DNA of 64,000 nucleotides from a virus (Duplodnaviria; Caudoviricetes): IMG/VR virus record IMGVR_UViG_3300043177_000122, positions 1 to 64,000 of that record; one strand, 5' to 3'. Shown piece by piece: positions 27,044 to 36,395 of this stretch (position 1 is its first letter; each line of letters starts with the position of its first letter). The notes under the pieces were generated by a model. It saw only the letters and a program-made list of their open reading frames with translations, ran no database searches and was not told where the DNA came from. The position numbers and the translations under genes were made by a program.

Positions 27044-27117
27044 GGGTCTTTAGCTCAGTGGTAGAGCAGCCGGCTCTTACCCGGTAGATGAGAGTTCGAT
27101 TCTCTCAGGACCCACCA
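27044..27117 (+). tRNA. tRNA-Lys(CTT)
   Basis: GCCGG-CTCTTAC-CCGGT; ACCA end. Confidence 0.9.
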
Positions 27118-27217
27118 AGCGAATGCCGTAAGGTATACATTGTGCCATCAATTACAACTAGTTGGTTCGATTCCAACTTGACCGGATCTGGTGATCCTAC
27201 TTTACATTTTTGTCGCT
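27118..27217 (+). ncRNA. Y RNA-like element Y8
   Basis: AGCGAATG...TTTTGTCGCT; T arm AGTTGG-TTCGATT-CCAACT. Confidence 0.78.
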
Positions 27218-27220
27218 AAT

Positions 27221-27294
27221 GGTCTCGTAGTGTTAATGGTTAGCACAGTAGTCTCTTAAACTACCAAGTCTCGGTTCGAATCCGAGTGGGACCA
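27221..27294 (+). tRNA. tRNA-Lys(CTT), CCA not fully encoded
   Basis: GTAGT-CTCTTAA-ACTAC; CTCGG-TTCGAAT-CCGAG. Confidence 0.85.
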
Positions 27295-27506
27295 CAAAGA
27301 GGTAAGTTATGACTCGCGATGAAATCAAAGACTTGATCATGGTAATCCTTGGTCAAGCTGATTATGATCTTATGAAAGCATATGATCCAGAAACGGCCGA
27401 AGAGCCTGAATATGCAGAATCAGAGATGGAAAGATTAATTGATACAGTTGAAACTCACCTTAAAAAATAGAAAAGAAAAAGACAAAGAAAACTAAAAAGA
27501 AGTAAT

Positions 27507-27582
27507 GGGTCGTTAGTGTCAGTGGTAGCATAGTAGGCTTTTAACCTTCATGCCTCGGTTCGATTCCAGAGTGGCCCTACCA
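27507..27582 (+). tRNA. tRNA-Lys(TTT)
   Basis: loop CTTTTAA; ACCA end. Confidence 0.8.
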
Positions 27583-27605
27583 AATCAATAATTTGTAATA
27601 GTAAT

Positions 27606-28637
27606 ATGAGAATTATAATGAACCTCATCTTACTTATTATCTTAATTGTACTTATTCCATTTCATGAATTGGCTTGTATCAATTCACAACCTCCACCAGT
27701 TATGCCACCTCCGGTGGTACAAGTACCCCCGCAAGTAATTGGAAATCCAAAGGTAATTATGATTACTTTGGACGGAGTTAGATGGCAAGAGATTTTCAAT
27801 GGAACTGATCCTCTACTCTATCATGGGCAGAAGATATCGGCCCGTGATTTACTTCCTAACATGTACTATCAATTTGTGGATAGAGGCATGGTACTTGGCA
27901 AGGATTCAATGTTTGTAGCAACTGGCCCAGCACACATTTCATTGCCAGGCTACCTTGAAATTATGAGAGGTCACCCTTCCAGCGATTGTCAAGAAAACGA
28001 TTGTGAACCTCGTCTCAAAGAAGATACTATCGCGGACCTATTTGATAAGTCTGCTGTTTTTGCTTCTTGGGATACTATTAAAAAAACTGTAGGCAAAAAC
28101 ACAAACAAATTTGTTGTCAACTGTGGACGCAACTTCCGTTCCGAGGGATGGAAGAAAATGGATCTAGAAGACAATCAAACTTTCCCAGAAGTCTGGGGAG
28201 ATCCTATTTATAGACCAGATGATTTAACAGAGAAAGCTGCGGTAGATTACCTACAGTGGTATGCGCCTGATTTCTTGTGGGTATCCTTAGGCGATACCGA
28301 TGAATGGGCACATTCTGGAGATTATGATAAATATCTCGAATCACTACAGCAGGCTGATAAATTTATCGGTATGATTATTGAAATGGTAAAACAAGGCCAA
28401 GATGGTCAGGATTTTACCTTCATTGTTACAGCCGATCATGGTAGAGGATTACGGTGGCAATCTCATGGATGGGATAAAGAGTCTGCGAGGAATTGGATGA
28501 TGATTGCTGGTAGAGGAATACCGATCCAAGGATTTGTAGCCTATCCGATTAAGAAATCACTTTCAAATATTCTTCCAACTGTAAAACATTTAGTAACTGG
28601 AGTTTATACTAAGAACTCTTTATTGCCTAAGGATTAA
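27606..28637 (+). CDS. alkaline phosphatase/sulfatase-superfamily protein with signal peptide
   Basis: ITLDGVR, ISLPGY, DEWAH, TADHGR metal-binding motifs. Confidence 0.8.
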   Translation: MRIIMNLILLIILIVLIPFHELACINSQPPPVMPPPVVQVPPQVIGNPKVIMITLDGVRWQEIFNGTDPLLYHGQKISARDLLPNMYYQFVDRGMVLGKDSMFVATGPAHISLPGYLEIMRGHPSSDCQENDCEPRLKEDTIADLFDKSAVFASWDTIKKTVGKNTNKFVVNCGRNFRSEGWKKMDLEDNQTFPEVWGDPIYRPDDLTEKAAVDYLQWYAPDFLWVSLGDTDEWAHSGDYDKYLESLQQADKFIGMIIEMVKQGQDGQDFTFIVTADHGRGLRWQSHGWDKESARNWMMIAGRGIPIQGFVAYPIKKSLSNILPTVKHLVTGVYTKNSLLPKD

Positions 28638-28638
28638 G

Positions 28639-29005
28639 ATGAAGACAACTATCATCAATTTGTACGGTGGTCCTGGTGCTGGGAAATCTACCTCGGCTTC
28701 CTATTTGTATTATCTATTAAAATGCCAATTTATACTGTAGTAAAGTTTTTGCACAAGGTATTGAGAAAGCTGCAATGGCTTTTTATCAGCAAGCTAAAGA
28801 TGATGGACATAATCATGTTCATGTTTATCTGAAGCGCTTCCGACCTTATCAAGCAGAAGGCCGCTATCAATCTGAAGCGGAAGCCTTGTCAGTCGATGAT
28901 GGTGTGCTTAAGATGCTTGCCAGACTAGATGTGCCAGTTATTCACGCAACCCCCGAAGAAGATGATTTGAAAAGGGTTCTAAAAGATATCCTCAAAGGAC
29001 AGTAA
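28639..29005 (+). pseudogene. NadR/AAA_28-like P-loop kinase, frameshifted and deleted
   Basis: INLYGGPGAGKST from ATG 28639; C-terminus in ORF 28775..29005. Confidence 0.6.
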
Positions 29006-29006
29006 C

Positions 29007-29420
29007 ATGGTTGAAAGTTTCAAAGACCTAATTGGCGATGATGTAAAGTCATCTGAAGATATTGATGCTAAGCTTAAAGAAAAGCTTGGTATTGGTCTTC
29101 AAGAGATGTCATTCGCTCTTTGCGACTCTCTTCGTCAGAGAGCTGAAGAGGTAGCAGAAGATTGTTATAGTGTAGCTCCTTACGGCGACTATGGTAAGAT
29201 GATGGAAGATAAAGAAAGCATCATTAAATTTTTTCGAGAGGAAGCATCTAAACCAGAACATTGGAAATTAGAGTTTCTTGAAGTTCGTAAGAAGGGCGAC
29301 CAACTTATCGAATTTGTCTTTACAAATTCTTCGGTTGATGATGGAGATATCCTTAAAGGATTTGTTTTTGTAGGATTCAGTGGTACTATTCGTCATGCGT
29401 TTTGTCAGGTTCATACATGA
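29007..29420 (+). CDS. hypothetical protein
   Basis: ORF track. Confidence 0.65.
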   Translation: MVESFKDLIGDDVKSSEDIDAKLKEKLGIGLQEMSFALCDSLRQRAEEVAEDCYSVAPYGDYGKMMEDKESIIKFFREEASKPEHWKLEFLEVRKKGDQLIEFVFTNSSVDDGDILKGFVFVGFSGTIRHAFCQVHT

Positions 29421-29638
29421 AAACAATTAAAGAAAGAGTAGATATTCTTATTTGTGAAGGGGTAGATAAACCTAAGAAATGGGCCGCTGTTCATGGATAT
29501 GAAGAACCACATACTGATGTTTGGGGAAGTATTGATTGGCATAGTGAGTGGAAACGTTTACGAGAACATCATCTCGAAGAAACGAATTTTCTCTTTGATA
29601 TTATTAGAGAATTAGCAACGCGAATCCCAAGTAAATGA
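29402..29638 (+). CDS. hypothetical protein
   Basis: ORF track. Confidence 0.5.
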   Translation: MSGSYMKTIKERVDILICEGVDKPKKWAAVHGYEEPHTDVWGSIDWHSEWKRLREHHLEETNFLFDIIRELATRIPSK

Positions 29639-29864
29639 AAGCTAATAAAATGACATCTAAAAGTAAGTTGTAGGTTCAACTTTAACTCGGAGAAACATTA
29701 TGCTTTCTACTTTGACTTTTGTTATGGTAGCTTGTTTATTCGCTAACCTCGCTTATGAAAAGGGCGGTAAGGTTGTCGAATTAGTTAAGAGCAAGTTCTA
29801 ATTAACTTAATAGGGGGCGGCCTTGAATGGACGCTCTCTATCTAATTAAATAAAAAAGAGGCAG

Positions 29865-29892
29865 TTGACGTCTGGTAATAAAGTGTTATAAT
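29865..29892 (+). promoter_or_regulatory. sigma70-like promoter upstream of tRNA-Ala
   Basis: TTGACG-16 nt-TATAAT, 12 nt before the tRNA. Confidence 0.7.
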
Positions 29893-29904
29893 AGTAAGCG
29901 TTAT

Positions 29905-29980
29905 GGGGCTGTAGCTCAATTGGGAGAGCGCAAGTTTTGCATACTTGAGGTAAGGGGTTCGAATCCCCTCAGCTCCACCA
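29905..29980 (+). tRNA. tRNA-Ala(TGC)
   Basis: GGGGCTG/CAGCTCC-A-CCA with G3-U70; loop TTTGCAT. Confidence 0.95.
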
Positions 29981-30118
29981 TAACTCGCTGGCCAGGCACG
30001 AAGTACAAATCGCGAAATACTTCACTAAGTTGCCTGATTTCAGCCGAGTAAAAGTTTTGACCCCACAGCGGGCAAACAAGTCCTAGACATGACTTGACTT
30101 CGTAAACTGTCTGGTAAT

Positions 30119-30194
30119 GGGGCCTTAGCTCAATTGGGAGAGCGTCACGCTGGCAGTGTGAAGGTCGCGGGTTCGACCCCCGCAGGCTCCACCA
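30119..30194 (+). tRNA. tRNA-Ala(GGC)
   Basis: GGGGCCT/AGGCTCC-A-CCA; loop CTGGCAG. Confidence 0.95.
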
Positions 30195-30206
30195 TTTGGA
30201 AGTAAG

Positions 30207-30719
30207 ATGATTCCTGAACCAGTTACTATTAAGCTAACAACTATTGAAAAGAAAGTTGCCATCTTAGTTGGTGAAACCCGAACAAGAGTTTCTAAAGACG
30301 ATGATGATCGACCAGATGCTCATGGATTACAAGCTACTAGAGAAGAAGGTTTAGCAATTGACAGGCAAGGCGCTATCGCTGAGTGTGCGCTCGCTAAGCA
30401 TCTAAATATCTTTTGGTGAGGGTCTGTGAATACTTTCAAACGTGAGAAAGACGTTGGAGCTACTTTTGAAGTAAGGAGTATTGACAATATGTCGAAGTCT
30501 TTACTTGTTAGAGCGGATGATGCAGATGATGCTTACTTCGTTTGTGTTGCAGTTTTAGGGGACGCCTGTTATATTATGGGCTATCTTCTTGGCAAAGATG
30601 CTAAAAAGGGAAAGTGGCTTAGGGATCCAAATGGCAGAGAACCTGCCTTTTTTGTTCCAGTAAGTGCTTTAAAAGACCCCCGAGAACTCAAAAATTTATA
30701 CCTCGCAATATCAAAATAA
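30207..30719 (+). pseudogene. hypothetical phage protein interrupted by an in-frame TGA at 30417
   Basis: ORFs 30207..30419 and 30426..30719 share a frame (…NIFW*GSVNTFK…). Confidence 0.6.
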
Positions 30720-30799
30720 TCTCTGCTGGCTGTCTTATCGCGGCTGAAAATAGGTTGGCATAGACAGAGAACAAGGTGCAATTCCTTGGCGAGGTACCA
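30700..30799 (+). tRNA. tRNA-like body with expanded anticodon region
   Basis: ACCTCGC/GCGAGGT-A-CCA; T arm CAAGG-TGCAATT-CCTTG; CTCTG/CAGAG encloses a ~39-nt insert; D arm weak. Confidence 0.55.
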
Positions 30800-30970
30800 T
30801 TATTTGATATTAACTATTGGAAAGCTAATATAAACTACGCAAGTGATTGTATAGACTTACAACCTTATCCTCTATGGAGAACGGAGGGCTCATCATGAGC
30901 GGTAAAAGTAGTACAGGTAACGGAGACTAATAAAAAGAAAGAATCGCTATCACAGCGTTTATCTAATCAG

Positions 30971-31324
30971 ATGGCCAAGTTAATACGAACCTGGTCATTT
31001 ATAGTATGTCAGCTAATTTTTGTAGTAGCTTGGTTTAGTGGACATCACTTCTTTCCACAACAATTGCCTTTCGAGATTTTGCAAATCTTGCTTCTCACCG
31101 AAGGATGCTGTATCGTTTCAATCTATTTGATGAATCAACATAATGAGCGTGTGCTAGATCGACGTATCGCTATAAATGATTATATAGTTGACTGTCAAAT
31201 TAAGAATGATGTAAAAACATTACTCAAAGATATGGAAAAGAAAAACAATTTTTGGTGTAATGGATGCGGGGAACTGCGATATAAATGTGCTTGCAATGAG
31301 GCGATTCAACCTCATCAAAGCTAA
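30971..31324 (+). CDS. DUF1003-like membrane protein
   Basis: TWSFI, PFEILQILL, MNQHNERVLDR. Confidence 0.55.
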   Translation: MAKLIRTWSFIVCQLIFVVAWFSGHHFFPQQLPFEILQILLLTEGCCIVSIYLMNQHNERVLDRRIAINDYIVDCQIKNDVKTLLKDMEKKNNFWCNGCGELRYKCACNEAIQPHQS

Positions 31325-31360
31325 AGTTTCTATGAATATTCAAGTATCATAGATACTAAT

Positions 31361-31434
31361 TCTGGGATCGTCTAATGGTAGGACCTCGGCCTTTGACTCC
31401 GAAGATACTGGTTCGAATCCAGAGCCCAGAGCCA
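31361..31434 (+). tRNA. tRNA-Gln(TTG)
   Basis: loop CTTTGAC; GCCA end. Confidence 0.85.
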
Positions 31435-31437
31435 TAT

Positions 31438-31511
31438 TGGAGAATCGTCTAACGGCAGGACAGCACTCTCTGAAAGTGTTTATTTGGGTTCGAATCCCTG
31501 TTCTCCAGCCA
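31438..31511 (+). tRNA. tRNA-Gln(CTG)
   Basis: GCACT-CTCTGAA-AGTGT; U1-A72; GCCA end. Confidence 0.9.
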
Positions 31512-31589
31512 AAATCTACTAATGGCAGGATATATGTATAGGTATGTGACCTCCTGTCATTAGCAAGCCAAATCCTCAGCGGAGAGCCA

Positions 31590-31635
31590 GTAACAAATGC
31601 CAGTCAGGATTACATAGCTCATAACTATTTTCCCC
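31590..31635 (+). ncRNA. Y RNA-like element Y9, 5' handle only, followed by a CAT anticodon-like stem-loop
   Basis: GTAACAAATGCCAGTCAGGATTACAT nearly identical to the Y3 5' strand; ATAG-CTCATAA-CTAT; no 3' strand found. Confidence 0.55.
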
Positions 31636-31671
31636 GCCAGCCCGAAAGGGCTAAACAATATATACTTTTTA

Positions 31672-31774
31672 TGCAGATTGGAGCAGTCCGGTAGCTCGCC
31701 AGGTTCACAATGGGGTTGAGGCTCTATAAGGATACCCTGGAGGTCGTGGTGTTCAAATCCCACATCTGCAACCA
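31672..31774 (+). tRNA. fMet/Pro-type tRNA body with a 32-nt anticodon loop
   Basis: TGCAGAT/ATCTGCA-A-CCA; GGAGCAGTCCGGTAGCTC D arm; CCAGG/CCTGG encloses TTCACAA plus 25 nt. Confidence 0.7.
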
Positions 31775-31892
31775 AAGTAAGTCATGAATCCAAAGAAGTT
31801 GGTGAAAAGACAGAAGCAGCAATTCTGAATCATTTCATCCAAAAAAGGCGTCCCAATTGTAATGGTCGGATGAAACCTACCAATGCAACCAT

Positions 31893-31970
31893 CGCGGAAG
31901 AGTGAAACGGTTTCCACATTGGCCTCATAAGCCAGTAACACTAAGGTTCGACTCCTTAGTTCCGCTACCA
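31893..31970 (+). tRNA. tRNA-Met(CAT)
   Basis: TTGGC-CTCATAA-GCCAG; C1:U72 mismatch; ACCA end. Confidence 0.85.
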
Positions 31971-31991
31971 CTTTAACAAGCAGATAATCAG

Positions 31992-32339
31992 TTGGATTGG
32001 TCAATAGCAAAAATAGTTCTTGATTCTCTCAAATGTCCAGTTTGTCAATCAAGAATTGATCTTCTAGATTGGAAAGATCGCTCTGATGGAATGACATATA
32101 ATTTTTGTTGTTCATCTAATTGGGAGCATTATAGAATATATTTTGTACATTGGGAATTAGTTCCTCGTATTGAATACGAAACTGTTATCGTGTATGAAGG
32201 AAAACATCAATATAGAATATCTCAGTTTTCTGCTGATCGGAGGTTTCCTTCAGACAGAACTGAGATTAATATTTTTGAGCTTGATAAGGAAAATAGAATA
32301 ATATCTTCCAAAGATAGAAAAATTATTCCTCCTTTTTGA
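31992..32339 (+). CDS. hypothetical protein with zinc motif
   Basis: CPVC; ORF track. Confidence 0.5.
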   Translation: MDWSIAKIVLDSLKCPVCQSRIDLLDWKDRSDGMTYNFCCSSNWEHYRIYFVHWELVPRIEYETVIVYEGKHQYRISQFSADRRFPSDRTEINIFELDKENRIISSKDRKIIPPF

Positions 32340-32424
32340 TTTCTCTAAAACTACTCGTGAAAAATTAGTTAATCGAGTGAAGACTATATTAGTCTTCTCA
32401 TAATTTGTCTCTTCGGAGAATGCA

Positions 32425-33358
32425 ATGTCAAAGAAAAATCTTTCCCGCACTGTTATTGAGGACGGGCGTTACACCGGCAATAAACGGGAACGTCGTAATT
32501 CCCATGCTGAGAATCGCGCAGAACTTCGCAATTATATGCAAGAGGTGCGACTTGATCCTGACAACTATGATGAGTATGATATTGAACCCACTCAACATGT
32601 GTACAAAGGATTCAAAGACAAATTAAGACCCATGTACCGATGGCTTAACAGCCAGGTTGGTCGTTCATGGGACGAAGTTTATTCTGATGTAAGAAAGTCT
32701 TTTGACACCCGCACAACTGCTGGTCGTCATATTGTTTTCGATCATCTTCTCAGTTCTGTAGAAATTACTGAGAATCCACGTTTTCGTTGGTCATATCGTC
32801 CAGAAGACCCGACTACTTCTTATTCAGACAACGATTTCTATGTTGATGCCGAGGGTATTCTTCAAAAGAAGCGATATCTTGGTCGACGTTCTTATCGTAA
32901 TAAGGTTCCTTCTTGGGACACTAAACAACTCGCTAATTGGTTAAATGGCCGAATTGTTGGTAAAGTTGGTAAAGTTGGTAATAAGTTCTTCTGTTTCTCT
33001 CCGGTGGGTAAAGCAAAAAAAGCACCGCTACGGTGGCCACGCTCATATCTGGAGAACTACTTGGGGGTATCGTGAATATGGCCCAGTCTTTCAATACCTA
33101 TCCTACGAAATTATTTACAAACTCGACAGCAATGGTCGTCAGGTGCTTGGTGAAGATGGTAAACCTATTGAATTCGAACGTAAACCAAAATGGGTGAATG
33201 CTACTTATACCCCATCTCTTCGCCAAGATCGTAAATTGAATGAAAGAGAAATTGCCTACTGGGAAAGCGTTCCTGAGTATTATCGAACCAAGATTTTGGA
33301 AAAATCTCCAAACTATCCAAAACCACCAAAACCAGATCCTAATCGATATTATTATTGA
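32425..33358 (+). pseudogene. hypothetical protein split by a frameshift
   Basis: overlapping ORFs 32425..33075 and 32945..33358. Confidence 0.55.
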
Positions 33359-33381
33359 TATCATTATTCTGTCATAGCAAT

Positions 33382-33927
33382 ATGGCAGTCAAAAAGGTTC
33401 ATGGACCCTATAAGCGTAGAGATGGTCGTCAAATCGTTGTCGTTGTTGAAGACGATGATGTTAATGGTTGTGTAACCAGACGCACTATTTCATACCCAAA
33501 ATGGTTATTGGAATTACAATTAGGCCGTAAACTCGATCCTGATTTGGAAACCGTTGATCATATTGATAGTAATTTTGACAATAATAATTTAGACAATTTA
33601 AGGATAATGCCTCGTAAAGAGCATTCGACCGAAGATACTCGTAGAGTAAAATTGGTTAAATTCAAATGCCCGTGGTGTGAAAAAGATTTTGAGCGTAGTC
33701 CTCGTCTTGTAAGAGATAAGGCTCGTAAAAATAAAGCTGGTCCATTCTGTTCTAGAAATTGTGCTGGCAAATATAGCCGAAAATTGCAACTCAAATTAAT
33801 TGATAAATTTGATACGCAGCCGGTTATTGATTCAGAATATTATAAGAAAAAATACGTAAAAGCATTTTGTTCAATTGTTGATAGCGATATGTTAATTGAT
33901 TTTATTTGTGATGTGTGGTCAGAATAA
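33382..33927 (+). CDS. HNH endonuclease
   Basis: ETVDHIDSNFDNNNLDNLRIM...H; CPWC and FCSRNC zinc motifs. Confidence 0.85.
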   Translation: MAVKKVHGPYKRRDGRQIVVVVEDDDVNGCVTRRTISYPKWLLELQLGRKLDPDLETVDHIDSNFDNNNLDNLRIMPRKEHSTEDTRRVKLVKFKCPWCEKDFERSPRLVRDKARKNKAGPFCSRNCAGKYSRKLQLKLIDKFDTQPVIDSEYYKKKYVKAFCSIVDSDMLIDFICDVWSE

Positions 33928-34020
33928 TTTCTTCTATTTGACTTTTGATGCGAAGCGACATATTATGAGCGTTGGTTTATACGCGCATAGTATAAGCTAA
34001 TTACATTAAAGAGGAAAATA

Positions 34021-35091
34021 ATGAAGAAAGTCTTAAAACTATTTAGCATTGCTTTAGCATGCATTGGTTTAGTAGCACTACCTTCCATAGCACAAGCCCA
34101 AGAGGTAACTCTGAGAGCGGAACCTGGCGTAGCCATTCCACTCACGGATCCTCAGGCTCAGCGCTTTGGGGTAGGTGGAGCTATCGCGGTTAAACCAGAG
34201 ATTACTCTGTTCCACTTCTTAGGGCTTGGTCCTAGTGTTCAGTGGATTGGTCTTCCATCTAACGTCTCTGGCGTAGATGCTGGTACCGCTACTCGATTGG
34301 GTGCATTTGCAAGAGTCAAGCGTCCACATGATGAAACCAACACTGGTCGTGGTTTTTCTGCAGCGTCCCCTTGGGTTGATGCTGATATTGGCTATGTTCA
34401 GACTGATGGTCTTGATCGTCTAGGCACTAGCATTGCTGCTGGTGTACAAGTCCCAACTAGCGATTCACGTTGGCTATGGGTTGGCCCATTTGCCCGTTAC
34501 GATCTTGTTAATCAAGAAGATGGTAAGCGTTTGGTAAACACCAATAGCGCGAAAACTTTAATTCTTGGTCTAAGCTTTGAAATTGGTGCACCTGCTCCAA
34601 AGAAAGCTGAACCAAAGAAAGCTGAACCAAAGAAAGCTGAACCAAAGAAGGCTGAGCTGCCACCCCCTCCACCCCCTCCAGTTGTGGAAAGGCCAAAAAA
34701 ACCAGAACCTCCTCCAGTTGTTGAAGAAACTGTTGTGAAGTTTAAGCCGCGCATTCAATTTGCGTGTGATTCCGCAGTGCTTGATCAGGCGCAGCAGATT
34801 GTGCTAAAGGATGTTGTCAAGTCTCTTTTGGCTGATAAGTCTTACAAAGTACGGATTGAAGGTCATGCATCTTCTGAAGGTCCAGTTGAGCACAATAACA
34901 AGTTAGCTCAGCGTAGAGCTGATTCGGTACGCAATTTCCTCATTGCCAATGGTGTTGACGGAAGTCGCTTAACTGCTACTGGATTTGGTTCCAGGGTGCC
35001 AGTTGCCGATAATAAGACTGAGGCTGGACGTATCCAGAACCGAAGAGTCGAATTCGACGTATCATTTGTAGTGGTGAAAGAGAGTAAATAA
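34021..35091 (+). CDS. OmpA-family outer-membrane protein
   Basis: signal peptide, beta-barrel-like region, Pro-rich linker, C-terminal IEGHAS…NNKLAQRRADSV…NRRVEF. Confidence 0.92.
   Translation: MKKVLKLFSIALACIGLVALPSIAQAQEVTLRAEPGVAIPLTDPQAQRFGVGGAIAVKPEITLFHFLGLGPSVQWIGLPSNVSGVDAGTATRLGAFARVKRPHDETNTGRGFSAASPWVDADIGYVQTDGLDRLGTSIAAGVQVPTSDSRWLWVGPFARYDLVNQEDGKRLVNTNSAKTLILGLSFEIGAPAPKKAEPKKAEPKKAEPKKAELPPPPPPPVVERPKKPEPPPVVEETVVKFKPRIQFACDSAVLDQAQQIVLKDVVKSLLADKSYKVRIEGHASSEGPVEHNNKLAQRRADSVRNFLIANGVDGSRLTATGFGSRVPVADNKTEAGRIQNRRVEFDVSFVVVKESK
34600..34656 (+). repeat. 15-nt coding tandem repeat (KKAEP x~4)
   Basis: AAGAAAGCTGAACCA repeated in the OmpA linker. Confidence 0.9.
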
Positions 35092-35093
35092 CA

Positions 35094-35948
35094 ATGAAAA
35101 AACTAGTGTGTGTTTGCTCGTTGCTTTTAGCAGCGATTGCAGTTGGATGTGGGTCTCAAGTAGTAGAGTTTGCTGAGGCCACCGGCAGCGATGCTGGTGC
35201 ACCCCCAACTCTTCTTGAGCCGCCTCCTACTGAGGGTTGTGTCGATCAGAACTGTCCTTTGGGACAAGCCTGTCGAGATGGAGTATGTACTGTAGTTGAT
35301 CCTTGTGAGGGAGTAGTTTGCCCTGAAGGTAATGTTTGCCGCGATGGTGCCTGCGTTGCAGTTGACCCATGTGCAGGTGTAATTTGTCCAGAAGGTTCTG
35401 TTTGTAAAGATGGAACTTGCACTCCAGTTGATCCTTGTGCTGGTGTAATTTGTCCAGAAGGCGCTCAATGCGTTGATGGTACTTGTGTAACTCCAGGCCC
35501 ATGTGCTGGTGTAGTTTGCGAAGCTGGTACTTGTGTTAACGGACAATGTGTTGTTCCAGAAACTGATGGTGGAACAGACAGTGGCCCAGTTGATCCATGT
35601 GTTGGAGTGGTATGTGATGGTGGTACTTGTGTCAATGGTCAATGTGTACCAAATGATCCATGTGCTGGCGTTACTTGCCCACCAAATTCTACCTGCCAGA
35701 ATGGAACCTGTACACCAGTTGATCCTTGTGCCGGAGTTCAGTGCCCTGAAAGCCGCGTCTGTCAAAACGGAGTTTGTGTATGTGATGGAGATCACGATGA
35801 TGATAAGGTTTGCCGTGAAGGTAAGACTCTAATTTGTCATCGTGCCGGTCCACATGGCAAGAAAGTACAACTATGTGTTGGTAATCCTGCTGTCAAGGCG
35901 CACTTGAAGCATGGTGATAAGGTTGGCGACTGCGACCTTTGCCACTGA
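35094..35948 (+). CDS. Cys-rich repeat lipoprotein
   Basis: lipobox-like IAVGC; ~7 DPCxGVxC...CxxGxC repeats; C-terminal ICH...HLKHGD..G.C. Confidence 0.8.
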   Translation: MKKLVCVCSLLLAAIAVGCGSQVVEFAEATGSDAGAPPTLLEPPPTEGCVDQNCPLGQACRDGVCTVVDPCEGVVCPEGNVCRDGACVAVDPCAGVICPEGSVCKDGTCTPVDPCAGVICPEGAQCVDGTCVTPGPCAGVVCEAGTCVNGQCVVPETDGGTDSGPVDPCVGVVCDGGTCVNGQCVPNDPCAGVTCPPNSTCQNGTCTPVDPCAGVQCPESRVCQNGVCVCDGDHDDDKVCREGKTLICHRAGPHGKKVQLCVGNPAVKAHLKHGDKVGDCDLCH

Positions 35949-36021
35949 TCATTAGTTGTTGATGTAAATGACCTATACCGTAAAAAGTGTAGGTCATTCT
36001 ATTTTTACAGAATGGCACACC

Positions 36022-36050
36022 TTGACGGCGCCAAAAATAATGAATATACT
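36022..36050 (+). promoter_or_regulatory. sigma70-like promoter
   Basis: TTGACG-17 nt-TATACT, after a terminator-like hairpin at ~35968-35998. Confidence 0.6.
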
Positions 36051-36065
36051 ACTGAGTGAAAAGTT

Positions 36066-36395
36066 ATGAGCTTACCTTGGTCTCGAAATATGAAGCTGGA
36101 TCCTGGGACATTTGGAGGATCTCCTGCATGTCATGTTCTAGTTGATATGATGAATAACGATGTAATCCCTGTACAAGAGAAACATCGTGTATTGTCATTT
36201 ATTAATAGTGCCATTATACATTTCCAGGCCCTCTCAGATATAAAAAGTTATGGTATCCGTTCTTACGCAATGAATCTAATGAGAGATGATTTGTTCGCTA
36301 AAATTGATCGGATGGCTTATCCAGAGAAGTTTAATTCACACCTGAAAAACGTGTTGACTCACCATCTCAGGCGATACTTGAATGGAGCAATCTAG
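36066..36395 (+). CDS. hypothetical protein
   Basis: ORF downstream of the promoter. Confidence 0.6.
   Translation: MSLPWSRNMKLDPGTFGGSPACHVLVDMMNNDVIPVQEKHRVLSFINSAIIHFQALSDIKSYGIRSYAMNLMRDDLFAKIDRMAYPEKFNSHLKNVLTHHLRRYLNGAI

Noticed and set aside
11000-30719. Stop-codon reassignment suggested by in-frame TAA (11162, ~11297) and TGA (30417)
   Set aside because: TAA and TGA end many intact genes, long conserved genes read through under code 11, and no clean suppressor tRNA is present
1198-31774. Group I introns in tRNA anticodon loops
   Set aside because: Inserts of 16-70 nt are far too short and lack P/Q/R/S core elements
32098-32112. ATTTTTGTTGTTC as the missing 3' strand of Y9
   Set aside because: It lies inside a probable CDS and pairs imperfectly with GTAACAA; likely chance in AT-rich DNA
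34600-35800. CRISPR-like or satellite repeats
   Set aside because: The units are in-frame coding repeats (KKAEP; DPCxGVxC) with no unique spacers, and no cas genes are present
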